64,000 nucleotides of DNA from Trichoplax adhaerens. Taxonomy: Eukaryota > Animalia > Placozoa. Shown here piece after piece: positions 48,760 to 60,400 of the stretch. Numbering within the stretch: position 1 is the first letter of the stretch; each line of letters begins with the position of its first letter. The notes below the pieces were generated by a model. That model ran no database searches and was not told where the DNA came from. It saw nothing but the letters and a program-made list of their open reading frames with translations. Location of the stretch: NCBI RefSeq assembly GCF_000150275.1, contig NW_002060967.1:62001-126000 (forward strand), written 5' to 3'. The position numbers were made by a program, and so were the translations under genes.

Positions 48760-49095
48760 AGTACTGGACAAGGGTGGCTCATCAAGAATTCCCGGCGATT
48801 GAAATGACATGAAACTCGAATTTTAAGACCAAATTAGACAAGTTTGCTAACAATATGAAAACATCATTTTAAGACCAAATTAAACAAACTATCAATCGAT
48901 GGACTACCAACATACTGTACACTGTACGGAGTACTTAGCCTATAGTACTGTACAAGGGTGGCTCATCAAGAATTCCCGGCGATTGAAATGACATGAAAAT
49001 CGAATTTTAAGACCAACTTAGTAGACAAGTTTGCTATCAATATGAAAACATCATTTCAAGATAACATTAGATAAACTATCAATCGATAGACCTAC
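48760..49095. repeat. Direct duplication with ~184-bp period and internal ~45-bp sub-repeat
   Basis: ACAAGGGTGGCTCATCAAGAATTCCCGGCGATTGAAATGACATGAAA occurs at 48768 and 48952. TTTTAAGACCAAATTA-like sub-repeats lie inside each copy. Confidence 0.9.
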
Positions 49096-49455
49096 AGTAC
49101 CAACGGTACAGTACAGTACACTACTGTACAGTACTGTACTGTAGCCTACTGTTTACAGTACTATACACTGTACTTTACTGTACTGTACACTGTACAACGT
49201 ACACAGTCTACAGTACGATCTTACACAGTACGACCCACTGTAGAGTACAGTACTATCACTCAAGGCCCTTTCATCGGTCTTTTGGCTCATCCACTTGTGC
49301 CCAATTTGATCGAAATTGTTCTCAGAAATCAATTGCTTCCCCCTTGCAAGCTTGCGATCATTCGTCATTCTATCCACGTTGACAAACTTATTATCACAGC
49401 TTGTAGCTTGATTTACGAAGTGCATCACCTCCAATTGAAACCAGAGAAAATCATC

Positions 49456-52248
49456 ATGATCAATTTGTTTTCTATTAAACAGCAAAAAAAGGAAGAAGAA
49501 GCTAAGGGAGGCAATACAAATCGAAAACGCGCCTCGGCAGCCCAACTTCGAATTACCAAAGGTAAAAATGTTTTCATCATCTTCAATCAAAGAAACTCAT
49601 TTATCCTCTTCATACTTTTTCATCAATGATGGCCTATCGCTATGTTTAAATAGGTCTTTAATCAGCCATATTACTGTCTTCTGAACTAAAATAATTGCCA
49701 ATGTCATCATTTTCTACAAAATGATGACCGCCTTCCTTTCGACTATTCTGACAACTCACTATACTGTATGACATCACTGTACTGTACAGGACCTATAGGA
49801 CGTTACTGCGCACTGTTAACTTATACAACATTCATCTTAATGTAGCCAAAGTTGATAATACAATCCATCCAAAATACTTCTCATAATGCAATAGGATATG
49901 ATACAATTTGTAATATCTTTCCATGTAGATCACAGAGTAGACGATCAATCTGGTTTAGAGTGACAACAATTCATTCTTAATTATAATCATTGCATGAGTA
50001 TAATGGTATACTGTACTACACTGACATAACTCGCATGATGGAAGCAATTTTAGCTCGACAGTTCGTAATTGATTCCTTTCTTACAGCGATAATAATGAAT
50101 GATTAACCATAGATCAATCTTCCATCTCCAGAGGGATGTTCTGCTTAACTCTGCCCTAGTAGTATTACACGATTAGCTAATCTTCCATGACTTAGAAAGT
50201 CTTAAAATAATGTAACTATGCAATAAATTGTACGTGAATTCAATCATGACTACCAGCTTGGATACCATGATATTATAGCGATAAAAGTGGGCATCAACAT
50301 AGCTCTTCTATGGTATGCATCGACGCGTAGATTAAAGCAATTCATGATTGAAAGCGTTCTATACAAAACTTGTAAAATGTGTAAGCTCTAGTTACAATCG
50401 AAAATGTTAATAGCTCAAAGTATCGATCTTGAGACGGGATACGCAGTCTAGCTCAGACATAAGCATAGCTCTTTTATGCATACAGTATATATATATATAT
50501 ATTAAAGCAATCGATGGGAAGGTGATACTAATTCAAAACTTGTAGAAGGCACAAGCCTTAGTTACAATCTAAGCGTTAATACGTCATAGTGTCGATCTGT
50601 AGATGGGAATACAGTAGTTTTTCGATCGCGCCTAATATAGAATACCAGAGCATTTTCCAACTGGGACATATCTGACCCTTCAGTGAGCAAATTGAATACT
50701 GGATTTATATTATTGTACTAATATTTTCTCGCCTATAGACATTGCATAACTTCTCTCACTGTCGATCCTATTACTATTGACTGTATCTGTTGCTTTATTC
50801 AAAATATCTAATATTGCTTCGCAAGAATCTAAACTGGATTGCCTTCCTAGCGAAACGACAGTTACAAGCTAATAAAATAGTTATTTTTTTGCCTGTACAG
50901 ATGTTAATGAATTGACATTGCCAAAAACTTGTAAGATTGATTTCCCCAATCCTGATGATTTATTAAATTTTAAATTGACGATATTGCCTGATGAGGTAAG
51001 CGATTATTCAATCTGATCATTTTAAACAGAAAATTTTACAGTAAATCATCTTAAATCTCGAAATAGTACATTGGATCCAGTATACGGTACATACCACATA
51101 GCTACTTCTCCTACATCATACTTATGGTAGTACGATGCAGTCAATATCGAAGTGATAGACTAACTTCCCTAATAGCTTCATTTTTCCATTAATATTACTA
51201 TCATTTTTACTTTGACAGGGCTTCTATAGAAATGGACGATTTGTTTTCTCCTTCAAGGTAAGCGTCATTATTCTACTAAAAATCTAGACATTTTTCGAAA
51301 GCACAAGAAATTTCTATCTACTTCTAAACGTTATATAAATACAAAGAATACTTAGATTGGTTCTTCTGACGTTAAAATACTTTCTTACATGTCTTTTNNN
51401 NNNNNNNNNNNNNNNNNNNNNNNNNNNNNNNNNNNNNNNNNNNNNNNAACGACATAGACGATTTTACACATAATACTTAATGCTTCACTAAGAATGCTCT
51501 TCGGTCCCAATATCATTTATTGACAACATTAATGAAAACACATGCTATAATACCCATGTAAACTTTCAGGTATATCATCCGAATATCGATCTTGAAGGCA
51601 ACGTCTGCTTGAATATACTGAGGTATGAGAATCTGTACATAAATGATTGTTATCCAAGTTCCAAATACTTTTTTCATAAGTATTATCCATTGGCTGATTA
51701 CTGAACTTATTCGTTCCGATAATTTAACAGTATCATTCGTACGATGATAAAATAGCAATTCAACATTTTATTGATCCGCATATAGGGAAGACTGGAAACC
51801 TGTACTGACGATTAACTCCATCATTTACGGGCTACAGTTTTTATTCTTAGTACGTTCTACTATTCGTTGATAAAATTTATTAACTTACAGGATTGACATA
51901 GTAAAATTTCCTCAGCTTTATCATAAAAGGAATTCTAAGATTTTTTCTTGCTTAACGCCATATTCTTATAGGAGCCAAATCACGATGATCCATTAAATAA
52001 AGGTACACAGTTTTGCTCAATAATTTGTACATAAACTGCTTATGGCGACAAATTACTGTATCAATAGAAACAGCATTAGTATTGGATGATAGGATTGCCA
52101 ATTTATTTCGCATTCAACCTTCCTGTTTGTTCTAGATGCTGCTGATGTTTTACGTCAGAACCGTCAATTATTTGAACAAAATGTCAGCAAAGCAATGCGT
52201 GGTGGATACGTTGCAGGCGCTTACTTTGACCGATGTTTAAGAAATTAG
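49456..52248 (+). CDS. UBE2M: NEDD8-conjugating enzyme Ubc12, multi-exon (one exon not visible, probably in the gap)
   Basis: [15 protein letters not shown]...[72 protein letters not shown] (catalytic Cys), [31 protein letters not shown] and [16 protein letters not shown]. Stop at 52246-52248. Confidence 0.96.
51398..51447. other. Assembly gap (50 N)
   Basis: Run of N. Confidence 1.
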
Positions 52249-54478
52249 AATTGCTATTTTCACTGTATTAATTTTCAATCATGTTTGTATATTGTGTTTT
52301 TCATTTACTGATTATGAGTCTTCGAGAAGATATCGTACCATTATATAGGGAAATATCTTATTTTAGTGTATTGCATCGCTTTAGCTATGATTTTTGATCA
52401 TTAGAAATGCAGACTTTTGGATGATAACCATTATTGCGCGATAACTAATGTAGTTTTTTCTATGTAAAAGTAATTCCATACCGTGGTTGTAATTCTTATT
52501 CAAATGGAAGCCATATCTAATGTAGGAGTAGAGTATTTTATGAACTTCTGTACACTTGCCGTTTTGCCTCAAAGTCAGACATCAAATCATAAAGAATATC
52601 CCCTGGCTTGGTGGCTTATCGATAAAAAATCATATGGTTTACCAATTACCATACCGTAATCTCAGTTTGCTTATACTTGATTAGTACATTAAATTGTGGC
52701 TATTCGAAGCGCGCTCACTTTTTCATATTTGCTTATCAATTATATATAATTCATCGCCTCGTCAATAAGTTGACAACGAAGAGGTGATTTATACCTTTAA
52801 GCGTAATACTGTACTATTTCAACTTTGAAAAGGTTCTACTCAATGACAACATGATTGCTGTTAATGTAATTAACCAAAAATAAAAAGACTTCAATATCCT
52901 GTTAACTACTCATCATTGAGTTATTTGTTGATCTGTTCCATATTATTCATTTCTCCTAAACTAGCGGGAGTATTTAAATATACCACGGAATAATTAAAAT
53001 GACTCAGTATTATGTTTGTTATTCTTTCTTGATATTAAAGGAGCAATGTATCGGGTAAGATTGCGGAGTCAAATCAAGGATAATTGTAACACGCTTAGGC
53101 TACAAGTCCTTCATACTAATTTTGAGATCTTTATTCTATATTGCTACCTTACATGAAACTGTCAATTCTGATATTGAATTCATCGACATTTATCTACGAT
53201 GCAGAAGAGATAGATACTGTAAACTACCAAGTTGATCTATAACATTTAGCATTATCTGCAAAGCAAGCTAGGAAATATCTGCCAGTACCTATTAAATATT
53301 ATCAAATTAATTTAGTGGTATATATAACACATGTTCCATTAACTAAATGTGATATCAATCATGCAAGAGAATGCAATACTGCGTATTTACTGCGTATGTA
53401 AAAACAAACATCAAAATTATGTAAGTCACAAAATGAATTCAGATAGGAAAATCATCGATGCCTTTTAATATCATAAACATTCACAATTACCATATAAAAA
53501 AAGGAAATACGTGTATTGGTGAAAATTCAGTCAATAAAATTAAAAAGAAATATTGTACATCGGCCACGATCTTCGGCAACAACGGTAACAGTTTTGAAAG
53601 TCATACCGTTACACAAAATCACACGATTATCCAATAATCTTGTCATTCTATCTCTTAAAAAGTAGCAACATACTTTAAATTTTTTAGTAACACTGTAAAC
53701 GAAGGATACGTTAAATTAACTACAAAATAGCTAAAGCCCACAGAATAACTATATTCTACATATAAAACGTCTCACACGATTTTACGTCTCAATTGCTTTC
53801 GTAACAAAAGAATTGTCAAAATATGGCTAGATATTTATTCAAACATTGACACTAGTAATATCAGTTACTCACAAACTAGCAGCTAAATACCGTCATCATT
53901 TACATTATACGCCATTATTTGGTAATAACCACAAGTACGAGGAACAAAAAAATATTCTTAGTAATATTAATAAAAGCGAATACTTTAACTTAGTATAAAT
54001 AATTATAATCCAAAAATAACTATTTACTGGTAAGATGATACCGTAACAGTGAGTCAGCGATCTCAATTCACATTCGTAATGCTATTTAAGGTACAGAAAT
54101 TGATTAATAGCAACATTACGAATTATATCATACATGTAAACTATCCGAAGCACGCATATCTAGCTATGCATTATGATACGTATTTAGTTCAATTTCAAGA
54201 TCAAAAATGAAAGCTGATTTTATGATAGCAAAGCGATTACTACAGGAAAGCAGCGACAGCGTTTAATTAAGTATGATGCAGTTCACACTAATGTAGTCTC
54301 GACATCACCATTTGAAAATGTATCTTCATCTAATATTACAAAGACCATTGCATCGATTAACTATCCAGGGTAATAAAATTGTATTTCCTAGATAAAATTC
54401 AATTTTCACAAAACAATCCAAGATATCGCAAATGCGGTTATTAAACATGTAATACAAACCACGGATGCGAAAATTATA

Positions 54479-57400
54479 TTACGTCAATCTTTTTAAAATA
54501 TAAACGATGCTTTCGCTATCGATGGTTACAAAATGAGTAAAGTCACCATTAAAAAAAATATCGTCTGCATAACGACCAAATAGGCGAATTTCCTGTAATT
54601 TTTTACCATTTCTTAAATCCCACCATATCAGCGTATCACTCACAGTCACTAAATAGTTACCATCTTTTGAAAATTTACAGCAATTGACCCAAACGTTGTG
54701 TCCCCTTAATGTCATTAATTCCTTTCCCGAGTGAATATCCCATATCTACGTAAATATATCGAAAAATAGCCACATGAAATATTTCATCACTAACGGTATA
54801 TTCTCATCACTTAACAACGGTGGTTTCAATGATTTAGACTACTGATTACAATTAGCGATATATAAGTAAAAATGCAAACTAGGTGCGAATTATCAAGCTA
54901 ATTATGACATTGATTAATCTGCTGTTAGTAAAATTTTAAAGTTGTAATCCTCCAATGCATGAGATACCATAGACTAATTGCCTAAGTAAATTTAACTCTA
55001 TGCAGGCAGCACTCATTACCTTAATCGATCCATTATCGCAACCTACAGCTAAGAGTTTGCCATCGTTTGATATACGACATGATCGTACACAGTCTTCATG
55101 AGCTGTATAACTCCTGATTAACCGGCCGTCTTCACAGCTCCATAACTAAGTAGCGAATCAATATGTACAGTATCGTATCATGAGTTAATACAGAATAAAC
55201 AAAAAGAATTCAAATACTGACAAAAGTAACGCTAGTATAATCAAGAATCGTTACAGCTATCTTTGTATCATTTGTTCAGACAAATCATTATTAATACTGT
55301 ACTATACATATATTGATTTAGTAATTAAACCGATGCCAAAATCTGGGCATAATTGTATGCTCTAATTATTTCTCAACTTACTTTAGCTATTGCATCGACT
55401 GATGTTGTTATAAAACTCTGTTGATCGGGCATGATAGAGCAATCTGTAAGATGTCCTGAATGGCTATAATCATAAAGCATATTGCCAGTAGCTGAATCCC
55501 ACAACTGTTATAATGACAATACCCAATAACAAATGCATGTAAACAAAAGAATATAATATAACCTTAGCGACGAAAAGTTGTAATAATCTGTCTATTTTAC
55601 TGTACGTTGTTGCGTACCAGGAGTTATATACGTAAAGTAAATAGCCTCACAAGGTATAAATTTGTAAGAGTACTAAGTCAAAACTGCTATTCTAAAGGGT
55701 ATTAGGTAAGAGTAACTACATTGACACTGTCATGTTTTCATTAAATACCTTGGCAGTATTATCACGAGCACAAGATAAGAGCCGTTTACGATCGCCAATA
55801 AATCTAATAAAGATTATAGTGTCTTTATGGCCATTCAATTCCTGCAGTAATCTCCCATCAATGCTACTCAAGATCTACAGAAAGTTAAGTAAAACAATCA
55901 GAATAGTGAACCATTAGCCATATCAAATTTTGAGTTATTACTTAATTTTATACAGAAATTGCCGCTAATGATATCACTTCGGTTTATGTTGGTAACAATT
56001 TAAAATGATTTCAGATCGATATTAATTTCCATTGCAAGCTTACCCATATTATTTTATCAGAACCTGCTGCGGCTACTTTTGTTTGATTAGGACTAAACGA
56101 TAAACATCGAATAGGACTTTTACCGGGTCGAGTTTTCCAAATTGGATTTTGAATATTATCAGCCTGAAACAACTAAATTATCAAGCGAAGGAAAGAACTT
56201 TTTAACAAAAAACAATCAATAAAATCTTACATACAATGCGTATACAGTACATACCATGACCTCTCCATTTTCTCGACCTGACGATAGTAAGGTTTCATCT
56301 TTTGATAGGCAGCAACAACGAATTTTTGAACGACCTTCAGAATATTCTTCTACAAACTTAGAATTTAAGCCGTGATAGACCTATTCAATGCGAATTGTAC
56401 GTTAGATTACAAAGTCGAATATTACAGACGCATCTAAACGATCACGAGATCTAGTAAAGCACTCTCTGCGTTATGAAATTTGTAATAGTTTTTGCTTAAA
56501 AAACTACATTCCAACTTATCAATTATTGATTATTATTTTACACAAACCAGTAAGCTTTCTTGCATATCAGGTGCATAAATAGTTGGCTCATCATCTTGAA
56601 ACGAACAAGTGAAGAAGATTCTTAATTTAACCCTTGCAAATTTATCTTCGGTGGGATTTGAAGACCAAAATTTGACAGTTTCATCGGATGCAGAGGATAA
56701 TAATCTGGAATCATCAGGAGCATAAGATACTGACTGAATCCAACCATTATGCCCCTTATAAACTGCAACAGTTTGTCGATCTTGGATATGCCACATCTTT
56801 AAAGGAATTTCAAGTGATTCGATAAGTAGTTTGCACAGTTTATTAGGAATACAACGAAATACAAATATGTAAGAACAGAACAAATATAGTCAACAAAATT
56901 AATCTCATAATGATTGCCTGTTTACCTGTAACGCCGAGGTAGTTAATCCAGCTGCAAAATATAAACCACTTGACGAAACATTACAACAAAGAACACCACC
57001 AAAACATCGAAAGGATGCTAATTTCGATCCATCTTTAACACTTGACGTAATAACATTCCTGCCAGAAGAAGAAATAATCATCGTGTCGTTGTTGAAGAAT
57101 GCACAACTACTGACTCCTTCGTCATGATGTGTGAGGGCAAGTAAGAGGTCTTTTCGAATATCCCCAGACTGGGTATCCCAAACCTATCATTGCAGAAAAT
57201 AAGCCATAAAAGGAATAAATTCAGCATGTGAAAAAATCTATTCCTATTTCATAACTATGTGTCTAAACAAAGAAGATTAATTACTTTGACATAAGTATCA
57301 TCAGAGCATGATACAATTTTTTGACCGTCGTTTGAAAATGCACATTGTCTAACAATATCAAGATGTCCATAAAATGTAGCATAGTCTTCACCCGTTCTTG

Positions 57401-60400
57401 AATTCCATAACTATTAAACGTAATAGATGTATTAAATAGAGGATATAATTATATAGATTATTCTTATGATTTTTTCAAAAATATTGATTTCTACATTTCT
57501 TAAAATAATGCATCATTAGTGAATATATATTTAGGGCCAGGATTTATAATGTTATCAATGATAAGTTATGCACTTAATACACAAAAATCGAATAGAAAAT
57601 AATATGTCAGAACCATAGATGAAGCTAAAAGAAGTGAATGGGCCAGGGCTAATTCTACATATTCTCGAACAATAAAATAATGTATGTCTCTCAAGTAAAT
57701 ACTGTCCAGTCTATTAGTATATCTGATCAACTATCGATTTCTTACAAGATATAAAGATCAGATAAAAACAATGACTACATCTGCAATGAGTAATAGACGA
57801 TCGAGTTGCTAAAATTTGTATTTGAATATTTTTCTGATACCCTCACCATGATCAGCAATAGCGGTAAATATTGTATGCTATAAATTTAACGAATATAAGC
57901 CATTGTAACTAATGTAAGGTCACATTGCAATCGAGTAAACTTCCAATACAATAAAAATCAGTTACACCATTGTCAGTAGATTACCTTAACTAGTCTGTCA
58001 GCACCACAAGATACTATATTTGCTTGATCAGGTGAAAATTGGCACCACAACACATCCGCATCATGCTTATCATAGACTAGTTCTAAAGATTCGTTTGCAA
58101 TATTCCAAACCTGTTCATAAGATAATAGTTTATCATCAAGTGCCAGTCAAATAGGGATCAATTATCCTTTCTCGATGATAATCTGTTAATAAAATCAGCT
58201 CTTCTATGCTTCTATGAGCACTGATACTCCTAACTAGTCATAGTAACTAATTCAAATATCGTAGTCGCTTATTCATGTATCTTACTTTTACAGTTTCATC
58301 AAGTGAAGCCGAAGCAATACGACCATCTTTAGAAAAGCAACAACAGCAAACTACTTCATCTCCATGACCATCAAATTTAGCTACCGATGCCCCAGAGAAA
58401 GCATCCCATATCTGTTATACATGGTAGAATAGAGTACAGAATCTTAAATAATTGCTCTAAAAGTCATTTCATTAATATTATCTTACTCAAACGGAAACAT
58501 CATTAATCATTTTGTTGATAATTATCAATGAAGTTTACTTGGATATCCCCATTCCATGACGATGATACAACTTGAGAACCATCAGGTGAAAAGCTACAAC
58601 AAGCAGCTGATGCTTTATGAATTCGCAAAGACATCAGGCATTTATCCAATTTATGAGAAGGTTTATTACTGCAAAAGTATGAAGTCACAAAATGTTATCG
58701 CACGTCAGGCTAAGGGAGAACTAGGATTTCTTCCTGTTTTAATCAATCTGAAATACGTTACAGGCAATACTAATCAATCATGTTAAGAATCCAATTTAAT
58801 TTACTTACCACCAATTTAGATAGAACTTTTCTTGACGACGCTGACGAGCAATTTTTAAAGCCTGTTGATGGATTGTAGTAGAGCCTGTTTGGCTTATAGC
58901 CATCTGGATAAGATCTGGTCGAGGGTTTTCGACAAATAAATGACTATGAACGCTAACTAGTTCAGCAAATTTTTCCAGTAATTCTCTATCCTAAAATCAT
59001 TACAACATTTAAGTAAAAATGTTCCTATCTCTTACGATTTGCATTAAGGCGAAGTATGACAAATATCAGTTAACAATTTCAGCAGAAGCGTCGGTTATAA
59101 AAAAATTTCATAATCCTAAGTCTTATTGAAACCTATAAACTGACCTCGTCGTTTAGTAGTTTTTTAATTTTAATGTAGTCACTTAGAAGACTAGATGGAA
59201 GGGTATAAGTTAGCCTTGCTTCAAGCCACAATAAATCCGTTAAAAGTGCCTTCGCTTTACTAATTTCGTTTGCTTGGATTAAATGCGATATTAAGTTATC
59301 ATGAATATAACGATCATTTTTGAGCAGATGATATTGACCATGACAGGTAGCATCGTAACGTTCAATTAATTTTCGATGCAGAGCAGGTAGATCAGGGCAT
59401 TGTTCTTTTAAGAAATCCATCTGTAAATCATGTATACCATAGACCATCATCCTATCGCGAAATTCAATCTCTGTTCAATTTCATATTTGACCGAAATCGT
59501 TTAGTAAAACGACTGTACGAATTTACAAGAACTATAATTGTCGTAACAAAATTTGATAGACAATCTCTTACTTATTCGTATCATAATAGTGCCTTGGGTA
59601 AATCTTTGCTAATGATTTGCTAGCTAGTTCATCCATATCGTCTTCAACAAAGGCCTCATCTTTATCCCATAATATCGCTAAAACACTAGCTGGAATCTTA
59701 ACATTAGACTCAAATACCGCCAATTGTTCATATTGCTGCCTTAATTCAGGATCTAAATTATCGACACTCATGGAGATGGCTTCACCTAATGTATCAAACT
59801 GATAGCTCATCGATTTGCGTAACCTACTAACTTGACGATTTTTTAACAGTTCTAAATAATATCCCCAGCGATCTGGACGTCTCTGTAACAGTGCTCCTAT
59901 CATGGAAATAGCTAGCGGTGAGCTCTTACATTCATCAATAATAGCGCTAGCTTCAGCTGGTAATGATTCAACTGGTTGCTTAATCCATGAAGCCAAAATA
60001 GTCTTTGATTGATCCGTTGTAAATCCATCCTAAGTCAAGAATAGTTAATACTAATAAGGACTTTAAAATGATCTCTTCACAATTTAGTTTCACGTATTAG
60101 AATGCTGTAGGATACAAGCATATTACCTGCAAAGGGACTAGAACTTTGTGACCACCAACTCGATCAGCAATGGTAGAGTCACGCGTTGTTACTAAAGTTC
60201 TACAGCGTAAATTGAAGGCCGCCAAGACTCTCCAACTCCATACATCATCCAATATTAGCAACATCTTTGCATAACGACGTGCTAAAACAGATCAGGGAAT
60301 AGGAGGCATACAAGTAAGTTTATTTGACTAAATTACAGTCCGATATGACCATGAGGTAATCAATGAGAGAATCAATCTTTTCTAGTCTAGTAGTTATTTA

